Below, one piece after another: positions 30,245 to 40,737 of a DNA stretch of 64,000 nucleotides. The position numbers and the translations under genes were made by a program. The DNA comes from a virus. The notes beneath the pieces are model-generated. The model was not told the origin of the DNA, made no database searches, and saw only the letters and a list, made by a program, of their open reading frames with translations. Location of the stretch: IMG/VR virus record IMGVR_UViG_3300037313_000197, positions 1-64,000 of that record. One strand, given 5' to 3'. The first letter of the stretch is position 1. Each line of letters begins with the position of its first letter.

Positions 30245-31576
30245 TTAGTCCCTAAGGGAATTTACACCGAGGAAGTGTCCACCCCATGTACTCGTAGCGG
30301 CCTTTTCCACTACTGTTTCTGGTTCCCCGCCAAGGTCACCAGACTTCTTTACAGCACTTGCCGACTGTAGGGAAGAAATGGACTTCTCCATCTTGCCTAG
30401 TTCGTCCTTAATGCTGTTAAACTTTTCGCTTAGAACTGAGTGCTTTTCGTTCAGTTCCTTTACCTTGTCATCAAGTTCGGATACTACCTTCTCAACCTTC
30501 TCATTGACCGTTGCTAGAGCATCGTCAAGAGCCGCACGGTTCTTGGTTAGGCTATCCTCAATCTTGCCAGATAGTTCATCAAACATCTTTGCAAGGTCGT
30601 CTTCTGCATCATCAACTTCGGAAACTTCGTCCTCCGTAGCCTCAGCGTCTTCCTCTGCACCGGCCTCAGTAACCTCTTCTGCGTCAGCGACTTCCTCTAC
30701 GGAAGCCTCAACCTCAGTTTCAGCCTTACCTTCCTCAGCAACTTCAACATCTGCTGCCTCGTCAGGACGTGCATCCTTTTCTACTGTATCTTCTGCCACG
30801 TCAACACCTCCTTCGTTAATTGCAGGCTCTCCCTGCGCTTCGTTGATTGAAGAAAGATACTTCTGTACAACGGCGGTCATCTTCTCTGTACGGTCAGAAT
30901 CGCTGCTGTACTCAAACCACCCAACATTCACCATTGCCGTTTCGCAGAATGGGCATTCTAGTGAATCCTCGGTGGAAGTCTTTGCAATTTCGTCCGTCTT
31001 GCAGTAGAAGGTGTATTCGCTCTTTGTATCAGCGATCATTCCCTTAACAGTCAAGCCATTGGCAGTCTTCTCAAACGAGAAGATGTTTGCCAACTGATTT
31101 GCTGGGTTATCAACAAGTGAAAGTTCTACAAGTTCATAGTCCTTAATAAAGCGGACGGACTTACCGGCTGACTTGTCAAATTCGGTATCAGCGTCAAGAA
31201 CGTTTCCACCGATTGAGAAACCAGTTAGGGTACCGTCCAACACCTTCTCCCATGTTGACTGAGCGCCCTTGGAAACATAAACGGTTACGTAGATACCCTT
31301 GTGCATCTGTCCGGTCTTTGGATCAGTGAAGGATTCCTCTCGGAAGTCAACCATCTTTCCAACGGCTACCGGCTGGTGCATTTCACGGATATTTCCACGG
31401 AAGCGGGCAAATGCTCGTGCAGACGCATCGGCAAGTACAATGTCAGACTGAGAGTCTGCATTGTCTAGCGAAGCAAATCCAGAAACAAGGCGCTTCTCTT
31501 CGTTTACCTTAGTAAGCGGCATGGATAGTCGGACATTGCTGCCCTCTGCTACCCAATGTGCCTTAGTGATTTCCAT
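30245..31576 (-). CDS. prohead protease fused to an acidic scaffold region
   Basis: VSGFAS...IREMH...GFSIGG...ELSLVDNPAN; E/D/A-rich C-terminal half. Confidence 0.88.
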   Translation of the reverse strand: MEITKAHWVAEGSNVRLSMPLTKVNEEKRLVSGFASLDNADSQSDIVLADASARAFARFRGNIREMHQPVAVGKMVDFREESFTDPKTGQMHKGIYVTVYVSKGAQSTWEKVLDGTLTGFSIGGNVLDADTEFDKSAGKSVRFIKDYELVELSLVDNPANQLANIFSFEKTANGLTVKGMIADTKSEYTFYCKTDEIAKTSTEDSLECPFCETAMVNVGWFEYSSDSDRTEKMTAVVQKYLSSINEAQGEPAINEGGVDVAEDTVEKDARPDEAADVEVAEEGKAETEVEASVEEVADAEEVTEAGAEEDAEATEDEVSEVDDAEDDLAKMFDELSGKIEDSLTKNRAALDDALATVNEKVEKVVSELDDKVKELNEKHSVLSEKFNSIKDELGKMEKSISSLQSASAVKKSGDLGGEPETVVEKAATSTWGGHFLGVNSLRD

Positions 31577-31598
31577 ATAACAGATAGTATCAGATAGG

Positions 31599-32009
31599 TT
31601 ATTTCAAAGCAAAATAATTTCTGTTTACGCGTAAATTCAACCAAACGAATGCTGAGTAGACTGCGATCATTAGATAAGTTAGGCCACCGGTATTGTGCCA
31701 GTCGCCTGCGAAAAAGAATACCGAGATTACCAACCAGTGAGAAAATCCGATAAGCGCTCCAATGGTTAATGAGTGATATGAAAGCCTCATGACACCATTG
31801 ATGATTGCCAGTCCTGCTAACACTGCTACCCCGCCCCATACGAACTCTGGAAAAATCTCAAAGTGCTGATAGGCGGGTGCAGACGTGAAAACCTCCCAAA
31901 ATGGCGAAGCAACCCATAATCCCCAGAGTGTGGTGAATACTCCAAGGATTAGGATTGCAGCCGGGTTGATAGGCTGCAAGATACTACGCAGCAGCCTTTT
32001 TAATGACAT
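31599..32009 (-). CDS. 4-TM membrane protein
   Basis: Four hydrophobic segments; lies between portal and protease. Confidence 0.65.
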   Translation of the reverse strand: MSLKRLLRSILQPINPAAILILGVFTTLWGLWVASPFWEVFTSAPAYQHFEIFPEFVWGGVAVLAGLAIINGVMRLSYHSLTIGALIGFSHWLVISVFFFAGDWHNTGGLTYLMIAVYSAFVWLNLRVNRNYFALK

Positions 32010-33649
32010 TACGAGGTAGTTCTCCCGTCACCCTTAGCATTTCTGCCTTCGCCCTTACTATCTGTAGCACCGGCAGTACGCTGTTGGTCACGCGTCTTGT
32101 TTCCAGTAGACTTAGCCTTTTGGTCCGCCTGCTGCTGTGGCTTTAGGTCAACAACCTTATCTCCACCCTTTAGACCCGGCATACCGGCGCGAGCGCGAAC
32201 CTCGTTAGGCGTTAGAACCTGCATGCGCAAGTAACGCTCATCGATCTGACTCTGAGTGTCCTCATCGGAAAGAGCAAGTTCATTCAACTTGAACTTGAAT
32301 GCATCGGTCTTTGTCTTGACAACACGGTTGAACTTCTTCTCAAAAATCTTCTGTTCTGGACGGCAGACGCTTTCCTTGAAGGTCTTGTCTGCATCACGAG
32401 CAGCAGCCAGAGAAACGCCATCTACCAAAGATGCCTTTGACATGGGAGTTCTGTGAGCCATGAAAATAGATGACCAGTTGATCTTGTGATAGTTACCGAA
32501 TGAAGAGTCCTGCGTACCGGCCTCGACTGGCTTCATTTCGAATGACACCTTTTCGTCTTGACGATCTGGTGGCAGCGGAACGAACAGGGTACGGTGGTTG
32601 TTTCCACGTAGACCTGTTTCGAAGAATTCAACGATCTGCTCCTGAGCCTGAGCACCCAACTTTCCACCCTTAACAACAACTACATAGCGAGGCACAGCCT
32701 TGTTTTCGAAGTAGTCTAGGTTGAAGCGTGCAGCAAACTCGTTACCGGCCACCGCCTGAGCAGCAGCAATAACGTCAGGAATTCCATAGTATGAGTTAGT
32801 TGGACTGTACTTCTTGAAGTGGATTACCTCATTTGGAGCGCTGTCATCGCCAACAGGGTCGCTGGTGTCAGTACCAAAATGCTTGAAGAAACGAACCTTG
32901 TTGGTTCCGGTAATCTGAACAAATCCATCACGCAGTCTGCGAACACGCATAGAGGTTGAAGGAATGTGACCTATATAGCCTACCTCTCCATTGGCCTTGC
33001 GCCCAATCTCCATGTAAGCGTTACCTGTTGATTCGTAATCAATGTAGATATTACGTAGCGTCTCTAGGAAATCGTCTTCTTGGTGGCAGTCATCCAGCCA
33101 ATCAAACATCTGCTGGCGCATCTTGCGCAACTTCTTGTTCAACTTCTGACGCTTATCATCAGTTGTCGCCTGCTCTAGCAAGTCCTGAGTGTCTGGGGAA
33201 TCAAGGAAGTCATAGCCAAGACCTACGATGTTGGCTACCTTTACGTTGATAGCAGCAAAGTTAGCATCGTTGGCGGTGTAAAGCATTGCAAGATAGTCTA
33301 GGTTCTCGGGTGGCTGCATTACATCTAGCAACTTATAGCCAGTAAAATAGTTTGATTCTGGATCGATCTTCTTACTACCGGCCCCGTCTGCTCCCTCGTG
33401 AACCTTCTGGAAAGCACGGTATGCACGCTTCTTTGCGGTAGCAGAAAGTCCATCCATTGTCTTAAAGACTTCTGCATCCTGTGCAAATGGATCGGTGACC
33501 TTGCCCTTTACAGTGCCGCCACTGCTATAGCCGACTCTTACTCTGCTATCTACATAGTCATCGTCAATTACTCTGCCGCGAGGGTCTTCCTCTGCTACTT
33601 GACTAAAGCGCTGACCTGCAACTCTTCTCGTTCTCTTGGTATCAGCCAT
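32009..33649 (-). CDS. portal protein
   Basis: EVIHFKKYSPTNSYYGIP, NLDYFEN.AVP and LTPNEVR motifs; start reassigned to MADTKR after a GAAGG RBS. Confidence 0.9.
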   Translation of the reverse strand: MADTKRTRRVAGQRFSQVAEEDPRGRVIDDDYVDSRVRVGYSSGGTVKGKVTDPFAQDAEVFKTMDGLSATAKKRAYRAFQKVHEGADGAGSKKIDPESNYFTGYKLLDVMQPPENLDYLAMLYTANDANFAAINVKVANIVGLGYDFLDSPDTQDLLEQATTDDKRQKLNKKLRKMRQQMFDWLDDCHQEDDFLETLRNIYIDYESTGNAYMEIGRKANGEVGYIGHIPSTSMRVRRLRDGFVQITGTNKVRFFKHFGTDTSDPVGDDSAPNEVIHFKKYSPTNSYYGIPDVIAAAQAVAGNEFAARFNLDYFENKAVPRYVVVVKGGKLGAQAQEQIVEFFETGLRGNNHRTLFVPLPPDRQDEKVSFEMKPVEAGTQDSSFGNYHKINWSSIFMAHRTPMSKASLVDGVSLAAARDADKTFKESVCRPEQKIFEKKFNRVVKTKTDAFKFKLNELALSDEDTQSQIDERYLRMQVLTPNEVRARAGMPGLKGGDKVVDLKPQQQADQKAKSTGNKTRDQQRTAGATDSKGEGRNAKGDGRTTS

Positions 33650-33998
33650 TTTCCTTCTTCTTTGCCTCCTTGTAATCGTCAATCAAGGAGCCCAAATCGT
33701 ACTTGTCTGGGACTAGGCCATCGCGCATGCGAGCGTTCTGCTCTTCCCATTCTGAGTCCGTAACAGGACGTGCGCCATCGATATAACGAGGACGACCGCC
33801 AACAGGCATCCCATTGTCTCTTAGAATCTGGTGGGCTACCTCACGCAAAGCAAGAATCTTTCGTGCGTCACCCTTCTTAGCGAATACACGTAGATATTCG
33901 TATTCATCATTAACGATGGCGTTACCGTTGGTGTCCTCCCAGATGTAGGCACCATAACCAATCTCATCTACAACCTGTGATCTAACCTTGTTTTCCAT
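33642..33998 (-). CDS. hypothetical protein upstream of portal
   Basis: Own extended -10 promoter; overlaps the portal start. Confidence 0.6.
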   Translation of the reverse strand: MENKVRSQVVDEIGYGAYIWEDTNGNAIVNDEYEYLRVFAKKGDARKILALREVAHQILRDNGMPVGGRPRYIDGARPVTDSEWEEQNARMRDGLVPDKYDLGSLIDDYKEAKKKENG

Positions 33999-34055
33999 AG
34001 TTAGAATTGTATCATCGATTCAACTTATTGGAAAATATTAGACACGGGATGGACA

Positions 34056-35810
34056 TTATTGCTGTGGAAGTGTTGCCCAATCGGCCACAGTGAATACATA
34101 TGGGTTCACTGGTTCGGCAAATGTAACTGTGCCAACTTCTGTCACTGGCATAGTTGGGACTGTTGAATAGTTGGCGAACAACTGAGCAGCCTGAGAAGCA
34201 GTTAGAACAGTCGGGTAGTTGGCAATTAGAGCATAATCCGCTAGTTGACTTGCAGTAGCCAAGTTGATAGCGGTGTTGAATGCAGAAGCAAAGACGAATA
34301 CGATGTGCTGATCTTCGAACTTGTTTGCAGTTACCGGGGAAGTTGCTATCTGTCCATTGATATATACTGCCGATGCACCGGCCCATGCCCACTGTCCCGT
34401 TGATTCATTTAGCCATAGAAACGCTGTTCCGCCATAAGGACGAGTATCAAAAATAATACCTCCACCAGAGCCAGAGCCAGAAACAACACCCTTTGGGTTA
34501 ACCCAGAATTCAAGAGTCTGGATGCTGACAGGTGATGGGTCGGTATCCTGTGGCATGGTGATTGTTCCTCCGTATGCATGAATACCGGCCCTTAGGTTCC
34601 TTTCAATTGGTTGATTCTCTGCCAGCGATGTTGTGATATTGCCACTGATAGTAAACTTCCTAGAATCATTTCCCATTGTGTAGATGTAGTTATCTGCATA
34701 GGTTGTGATGGTCATGTTCTTTACTTCGGAGATATCATTTACTACCCCGCCAGTGAATGTAATCTTAACAAGAAGAATCTTGCCAGATGGATTAAGCCCT
34801 TGACTGGTTGGTACCAATTCGCCGTTCGAAACGGAAGCCCATGTCGTTCCACCGTCAAGGGACGTTTGTACAGTGTATGACCCATTGCCATTCCACTCGA
34901 TCTTAATGCCAGACATAGATGTAACGTCTGGGTTGTCAATAGGGTACTGACCGATCCATACACCGGCCTTAGATGCGCCTGTGTCCTGCGCTGCGAGAGG
35001 AATCAATTCTCCCGAGGTATATGACACGTCCGTAAAAGATACGCCTGCCCATGAGTCGGATGAGTTGAATACCTTCTGTTGGGAAATTCGTCTGTCTGTT
35101 CCGTCCCTAAGTACTCCACCGTATGAGCCCACATTGACTGACATGGGGACAACATCTACCATGGCCCCGTACTGTCGCTGGATTTGCTCTTCTCTTAGAG
35201 CCCAAGGATACGATGCTGGAACATCGATAATTACCTTGTCACTTGCTCCTGTTCCCTTACCGGCGTACAGTGTGCCGTCACCAGAAGAGGTATTGAATCC
35301 AGATTCCGGGTAGCCAGAAGGAACATCTGTGGTAACCACAAGTTCACCGTTAACGAACAACTTGATAGAAGTTGGCATGTAAACAGCGTGAATCAGGAAT
35401 GCATCTGGAAAGTCATCGTATTCCCACTTTGCTTCTACCGTGCCCGCACCATATATAACTCTAAAGATTACATAATCCTTTGAAATTACGATTCCATCTA
35501 GAGGCGATGATCCGAGATGCGAAAGGAGCCCAACTTCCTGAACCACAGAGGAAGATAAGGCTGCAATTGCCAAGGTGAAAGGTCTGAACTCGTTTCCAGT
35601 GACAAAGTTCTTGTCACTGAATCCATATGACAAAGTGCCAGCAGAGCCGACTACCGCCGACTTACTTGATCCTGCAACAATAGGTGCAGAGAATTTGCTA
35701 ACGGTGCCAGTGCTCGTTCCACTTGGCAAAGCAATGTCCGTGTATGCCGTTCCGACATTCTTGTACAGATTGGAAGGAATGTCTCTTAGGGCATAGTCAA
35801 TAAAGTTCAT
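34056..35810 (-). CDS. LamG/concanavalin-like domain virion protein
   Basis: Beta-sandwich motifs (TLEFWVNP, KLFVNGEL, IYINGQ); start reassigned to MNFIDYAL. Confidence 0.65.
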   Translation of the reverse strand: MNFIDYALRDIPSNLYKNVGTAYTDIALPSGTSTGTVSKFSAPIVAGSSKSAVVGSAGTLSYGFSDKNFVTGNEFRPFTLAIAALSSSVVQEVGLLSHLGSSPLDGIVISKDYVIFRVIYGAGTVEAKWEYDDFPDAFLIHAVYMPTSIKLFVNGELVVTTDVPSGYPESGFNTSSGDGTLYAGKGTGASDKVIIDVPASYPWALREEQIQRQYGAMVDVVPMSVNVGSYGGVLRDGTDRRISQQKVFNSSDSWAGVSFTDVSYTSGELIPLAAQDTGASKAGVWIGQYPIDNPDVTSMSGIKIEWNGNGSYTVQTSLDGGTTWASVSNGELVPTSQGLNPSGKILLVKITFTGGVVNDISEVKNMTITTYADNYIYTMGNDSRKFTISGNITTSLAENQPIERNLRAGIHAYGGTITMPQDTDPSPVSIQTLEFWVNPKGVVSGSGSGGGIIFDTRPYGGTAFLWLNESTGQWAWAGASAVYINGQIATSPVTANKFEDQHIVFVFASAFNTAINLATASQLADYALIANYPTVLTASQAAQLFANYSTVPTMPVTEVGTVTFAEPVNPYVFTVADWATLPQQ

Positions 35811-35830
35811 GCTGAAAGTATAGCAGATAT

Positions 35831-35860
35831 GACAAAGCCCCGGCGAACCGGGGCTTTGTC
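35831..35860 (-). terminator. intrinsic terminator
   Basis: 13-bp stem gacaaagccccgg with UUCG loop. Confidence 0.8.
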
Positions 35861-35997
35861 TGTAACCAATAAACCAACCTAAGGATAGCGAATCCATTCT
35901 GCACTAAAAGGCGTAATCTGGACTTCGCCACTGCCAATGAAGTTCTACCACGAACTCCGACTCTCTTAGTTTAGTCCTATTGAGTTTTGTTGTCAAG

Positions 35998-37173
35998 TCA
36001 GCGGATTGACTTAAATCCAAGGTACTTTAGAAGGCCCGGACCCGGCTCAGTGGCATCCTTTGTCCATCCACCCTTAGGCTGACTTCTTACAAGCCAATTG
36101 TAATGAATCTTGGTCAAGTCCGCTGTTGCCTTTCCGTATACCCCGTCCGCTACCTGAGAACGGTTAATGCCCCACTTCTTTGCCCATGCTTCACGAGTTG
36201 TGGCGGCTGCCTTGTTCCATAGCGCTGCCTGATAACGTGCAACATCGTTTGATCTTTCAGAGCCAACCTTTAGACGTGATCTATAGATAGCATCTGATAG
36301 ATTAACAGTGATTAGGCCAGTATCAATTCTTACCGGCGCTGGTGCAGGCTTAGGAGCAGGAACCTTAATAACCTTCGCTCTGAAAGTCAGATACGCCTTG
36401 TCAGTAACCGGTCCCCAAACTCCATCTGCTGTAACGCCAAGGATTCTCTGAATGTCTACAACCTTGTTCTTCACACATGCAGCGGTTGCCGGACCCCAGA
36501 TACCATCCTGATATGCTCCAACATACTTTTGAACCAACTTTTTGTCAGTTACAGAAACAGAATTGAACCATGTAGCACCGCGCTGACTTGCCGCCTTGAT
36601 CCTCCACATTGCACCATCTGTCCATGATCCCCAAACTCCATCGGCAGTCAATCCAACTTCCTTCTGGATCAACTGAACCTTTACGTAGTCAGAAACCGCA
36701 GCACCGATGTTTAGGATGGACTGCTTCCACTTCTCAAACGTAGTGTTGATGACTCCACTGATTCTTAGGTTAGAAACTAGACCATCTCTACCGGCGAGGT
36801 ATGAGTTAATCTGGTTTGCAGCAATCCTTGGAAGACCCTGTGTACCGATAACAATAATGTGAACATGGTAGTTGTTTGCCCATGGACGGAACCACGCTGC
36901 TCCACCGCGCTCACGACAAATCTTTTCCAGCAACTTATATCCATCGGTATTTCTACGTGCTGGATCGGCTGGCTTAAGGTCTAGAGCACCCGGACCATCG
37001 TGGGTACCCGCAGAAGCGCTCACAGTCTTATTGTAAGAGCCCTGAATAATAACCACGCCTCCCGGCATAGCCTTGTTTACTTCATCGAAGTAGAGAGCCG
37101 TACGAACGTCTAGCGTCCAGCCCTGTCGCTTGGTGACCTCTAGTGTCACTCCATTGAATGTGATTGTTGCCAT
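35998..37173 (-). CDS. endolysin (Zn peptidase-like domain + repeated peptidoglycan-binding domains)
   Basis: QGSYN...SAGTHDGPGALD...HVH catalytic motifs; three to four copies of ADG.WG..T. Confidence 0.85.
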   Translation of the reverse strand: MATITFNGVTLEVTKRQGWTLDVRTALYFDEVNKAMPGGVVIIQGSYNKTVSASAGTHDGPGALDLKPADPARRNTDGYKLLEKICRERGGAAWFRPWANNYHVHIIVIGTQGLPRIAANQINSYLAGRDGLVSNLRISGVINTTFEKWKQSILNIGAAVSDYVKVQLIQKEVGLTADGVWGSWTDGAMWRIKAASQRGATWFNSVSVTDKKLVQKYVGAYQDGIWGPATAACVKNKVVDIQRILGVTADGVWGPVTDKAYLTFRAKVIKVPAPKPAPAPVRIDTGLITVNLSDAIYRSRLKVGSERSNDVARYQAALWNKAAATTREAWAKKWGINRSQVADGVYGKATADLTKIHYNWLVRSQPKGGWTKDATEPGPGLLKYLGFKSIR

Positions 37174-37223
37174 AACTTTAGTATAACACCCTCCTTTGTT
37201 AAATTATTGCATATTTAGAGGGT

Positions 37224-37257
37224 AAAGCAAAAGCGCCCCCGAAGGAGCGCTTTGCTT
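37224..37257 (-). terminator. terminator after the RNR gene
   Basis: aagcaaa-gcgc..ttcg..gcgc-tttgctt hairpin. Confidence 0.7.
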
Positions 37258-39175
37258 ACTTAATTAGATCAACTACGTCGCACACCCCTGCTGTGCACGC
37301 AAGAGTTTGTGATCCGGTTGTGGTGTCCTCAGCCTCATAAACAGGAAGCCATTCCCATTCTAGAACCTCTGGCATTTCTGCCTTTGCTGCTAGATATGTT
37401 GCTTCATCTACAGTCTGGAATGGGGCCTGCTTGTAAACGTGATCCGTGTGAGGAAGGAAGGAAATTCCAGTAATAAGATCAAAGTGTTCGAACACCCAAT
37501 TTCCTACCTCTTCCCACTCCTCTTCCTTCACTGAAACAGTAACCGATGGAGAGTGCTCTGTCCAATACATCTTGAAGTCAAGCCAGTTCTCCAACTGCTC
37601 AATTGCATTCTGGTCGTTTCTCGTGATAGCACCCTCGGGAGCCTTGAATGGGAACGAGAAGACAACTGCCTTTGGATTCATAACGTCTTGCTCCATTGGA
37701 ACACCGGCGTCCTCCATGAATCGAGCAATAGGATCGTTCTTGTCACAACGAACGGTACGAATGTAGAAATCGTCATGCCATGCGTGCATTCCAGAGGAGG
37801 TATTCGTTAGGGTGGAAACGGTACCTGACGGCTTTACTGTAGTAATTGCCGCTGCTGGGTTAATGCCTAGTCGGCGTGCTTCCTTCTTATTCGTAGCAAC
37901 TGCAACCTTCTTAAGTTCAGTAAGCCACTTCTTACGCTCGTCACGACCAGAACGACCATTCAGAACGGGATGGCCCATCTGACCAGTCATCGAAACACCA
38001 AGTAGGCGCTCCTCTTCTGCGTTCTTCTTCCACTCATCACGAAGATATGGGAAGTTGACTAGCGTTGACTGCCATGTTCCGATAAGAGTTGCCCAGCGAA
38101 CCTTTTCCTTCAAATCCTCTAGGGTATCTGTGTCACGAACGATAATCTCTGTTAGGTTACAGAATCCCATAGAACGGAGAAGAATCTCTGCACAAGGGTT
38201 TGTTCCCATAATCTGAGAGGCATCACGGCGCTCTGGAACGTGTGCACGTGCACCGGCCAGATTGAAGATTCCACGCTCGCCCGAACCAGAAGCAACTAGC
38301 GCTGCCCACTCACGGTCAAACTCAGAACGGCTAGGCTTTGAGTTATAAACTGCTGAGTTGTTGGAAAGTGCGCGGTGCGGATAGTCATTCCACCATTCAC
38401 CGGACTTTGCATCACGGATATCTTCATCAGTTAGAGAAGAAAGAGAAATCAAAGCGGAGCGACGAACACCACCTACAACAACTACCGAGCCGATCTTGCA
38501 CATAGTATCGTGAACTTCAATAGGCTTTAGTTTACGCCCACGTGCACCCGCGACCATAGCCACTGTGAACTCAAACAGTTCATTCAAAGGCTCGGGTCCA
38601 GACGAACGTCCACCGAATGTCTTTAGTCGTGCACCCTCTGGACGAAGTTGGCGCAAGTCCCACTTTGGTAGTTCGCCACGGAATAGGCTTTCGATCAACT
38701 CACGATATGCTCGTGCCCAACCTTCCTTGGAGTCCTCAACAACAATTACCTTGTCTACCGGCGTAATCTCGGCGGGTACTTCTGGTAGATAACGTACGTG
38801 CTTCTTCTCAGCGCTAAAGCCTAGGCCGGTACCGCACATAAGAATGTACAAAGCCTCATCAAAAGCACGAAGGTCATCTACAGCGATGAAGGAGCAGTTA
38901 TAACCTGCAACGTTGCTACGCTCTAGCGCCTCCCCCGAGGTCATAATCGCACGCATTGACGGCATTATCTCGTGGTTCAAAATCTTGTTTACTAGTTCGC
39001 CCTTCATCTCGGGGGCCAGTCCTACCTTTGGCGCGAAGAAGTCCGCGTATCGGTTAACTGTCTCTTCCCATGTCTCTCGACGGTTGTACTCTGGAATCCA
39101 GCGGGCGTATCTGGACTTTGAGATAAATGACCTGAACGGGTCTGTCAGATCACCATTGTGAATAAATCCCTGCAT
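37256..39175 (-). CDS. nrdJ: class II (B12-dependent) ribonucleotide reductase
   Basis: YNCSF, GTNPCAEI, TTVKPSGTVS and C-terminal CTAGVC; no beta subunit nearby. Confidence 0.9.
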   Translation of the reverse strand: MQGFIHNGDLTDPFRSFISKSRYARWIPEYNRRETWEETVNRYADFFAPKVGLAPEMKGELVNKILNHEIMPSMRAIMTSGEALERSNVAGYNCSFIAVDDLRAFDEALYILMCGTGLGFSAEKKHVRYLPEVPAEITPVDKVIVVEDSKEGWARAYRELIESLFRGELPKWDLRQLRPEGARLKTFGGRSSGPEPLNELFEFTVAMVAGARGRKLKPIEVHDTMCKIGSVVVVGGVRRSALISLSSLTDEDIRDAKSGEWWNDYPHRALSNNSAVYNSKPSRSEFDREWAALVASGSGERGIFNLAGARAHVPERRDASQIMGTNPCAEILLRSMGFCNLTEIIVRDTDTLEDLKEKVRWATLIGTWQSTLVNFPYLRDEWKKNAEEERLLGVSMTGQMGHPVLNGRSGRDERKKWLTELKKVAVATNKKEARRLGINPAAAITTVKPSGTVSTLTNTSSGMHAWHDDFYIRTVRCDKNDPIARFMEDAGVPMEQDVMNPKAVVFSFPFKAPEGAITRNDQNAIEQLENWLDFKMYWTEHSPSVTVSVKEEEWEEVGNWVFEHFDLITGISFLPHTDHVYKQAPFQTVDEATYLAAKAEMPEVLEWEWLPVYEAEDTTTGSQTLACTAGVCDVVDLIK

Positions 39176-39249
39176 AGGTTTGTCATGTCTCCTTCTTAAA
39201 AATTTGGTTCTTCAATCGTACACCCCGCCCCGTTCTAGGCCAGAAAGTT

Positions 39250-40269
39250 TTAACTAAATTTCTTCACGATATGGTCGAATGCCTCGGCGGTCAACTTGTC
39301 CCAATCGTACTCGTTGTGGATGAAAAAAGCGTTTCTATACGCTACACCGGCGAGCCTGTGATAGTCCTCGTCCAGACGCTTGAAACTCTCCACAAGAGAG
39401 TCGTAGTCTGGCTTGAACATCTTGCCGGGATGCTCCGCTCCGAAGGGTGAGTCTACAAGACTACTCTCCATCCTGAGTTCTGGCAAGATGAACCTTTCAT
39501 ACGGTGCCCACGCACCGGGGACGATGGTGGGAAGGCCGGTAGCCATAGCCTCTAGAGGAATAAATCCAAATCCTTCTCCCCAAGATGGATAAACAAGAGC
39601 ATGGTGACGATGCATTAGAAATACCATCTCCGCGGTGTTGTAATCGTTATAAACAGTAGTTACATTCTTGTTCAATTCATGAGGAAGACCAACAATCTGA
39701 CTATCCTTGTAAACACGAATATTAGAACGATTCCATGCCTTGATGGTCAAATGAACATCTGTTCTATCTCCAAATACGTCCTTGAAAGCATCAAAGGCCA
39801 TCTGACCACCTTTTCTAGATGCAGGTTCTCCGATATGAAGAATGCGCAAGACTTCACCACGAGTACGTCTTTGTGGAGACCATACTTTATCAATACCGTG
39901 TTCGTAGGTACACAAAGGCTTTTCTACACCGGCCTGCTTATACCAATACTTAATCAAAGGAGAGGTAGTCCATACCTCATCACAGTTATTGTTAAAGGCT
40001 TCTAACCAACCATCTCTTAGTTCTGTAGATTCCCAAGGGGTGTACTGAATATGATAAGCAAGAGGATTAGACCATTCACTAAAGTCAGGCATACACATAG
40101 CGATTTCTACAGGAGCATCCCTGTCCTTGAAATAAACCTCGTGACCTAATCTCTGCAAAGAGGTAACGATGTTATATCCAGCAACTCCATAACCTGTGTT
40201 TAGGTTAAGATTACCTGGGTTTGTACTAAAACTAATTCTCATATTTCTTTGTCTCTTCCTTTTGGGCAT
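39250..40269 (-). CDS. GT-B (GT4-like) glycosyltransferase
   Basis: RKGG and YPSWGEGFGFIPLEAMATGLP motifs; alternative start at 40242. Confidence 0.85.
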   Translation of the reverse strand: MPKRKRQRNMRISFSTNPGNLNLNTGYGVAGYNIVTSLQRLGHEVYFKDRDAPVEIAMCMPDFSEWSNPLAYHIQYTPWESTELRDGWLEAFNNNCDEVWTTSPLIKYWYKQAGVEKPLCTYEHGIDKVWSPQRRTRGEVLRILHIGEPASRKGGQMAFDAFKDVFGDRTDVHLTIKAWNRSNIRVYKDSQIVGLPHELNKNVTTVYNDYNTAEMVFLMHRHHALVYPSWGEGFGFIPLEAMATGLPTIVPGAWAPYERFILPELRMESSLVDSPFGAEHPGKMFKPDYDSLVESFKRLDEDYHRLAGVAYRNAFFIHNEYDWDKLTAEAFDHIVKKFS

Positions 40270-40524
40270 AGGCGTACCCTATAAGTAAATAGCCTAGAGG
40301 TCGCTAACGCTTTTGTGCGCTTAGGAGCAGGAATAGCCATTATGTGCTCCGGTTTCCACCACGCCGGTTGTTCGAATTACCGGCCCGCCTATGATCGAGG
40401 ATATAGGAAAACCCCGACCAGAGCGGCATCTCTATATGGTCGGGGTTTTCCTGTTTCGCTTCACCTTGTCGGGTGTAAATTTGTGGAGTCCCAAGAAGTG
40501 ATGCCGCACTTCGAACTACCTACA

Positions 40525-40553
40525 AGTATAACAGTAAGTCATGGGGAGGTCAA
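40525..40553 (-). promoter_or_regulatory. leftward promoter
   Basis: TTGACC-17-TATACT preceded by TG. Confidence 0.7.
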
Positions 40554-40652
40554 GTCTTGACTCTCAAAACCCTGTCCTGTAGTCTCTCGGTGTTCGCCCA
40601 GATGGGCCGGTGAGCACGAGGTTACCGCATAAAATCTCCTAGGTCAACACTC

Positions 40653-40681
40653 TTGACACCGTATTTTTGAACAGATATTAT
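40653..40681 (+). promoter_or_regulatory. rightward promoter, divergent from the leftward one
   Basis: TTGACA-17-TATTAT. Confidence 0.8.
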
Positions 40682-40737
40682 AGGAGTGTGCCCGAGCATG
40701 CACTCAGAACTGCTCGTTAACCTAAGGAGTTAAATAT

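Noticed and set aside
34056-35897. N-terminal extension MDSLSLGW... of the LamG protein
   Set aside because: It runs through a strong terminator, and an extended -10 promoter places a leaderless start at 35810.
32009-37173. Terminase next to the portal
   Set aside because: No ORF with terminase Walker or nuclease motifs lies in the window. It is presumably elsewhere in the genome, so its absence here is not treated as a novelty.
1682-39175. Inteins or introns in DnaB, primase or RNR
   Set aside because: Protein lengths and motif spacing are continuous, with no splicing motifs or inserted endonuclease.
40355-40390. tRNA gene suggested by GTTCGAAT
   Set aside because: The T-stem does not pair properly and no acceptor or anticodon arms can be built. 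It is treated as part of the structured leader on the other strand.
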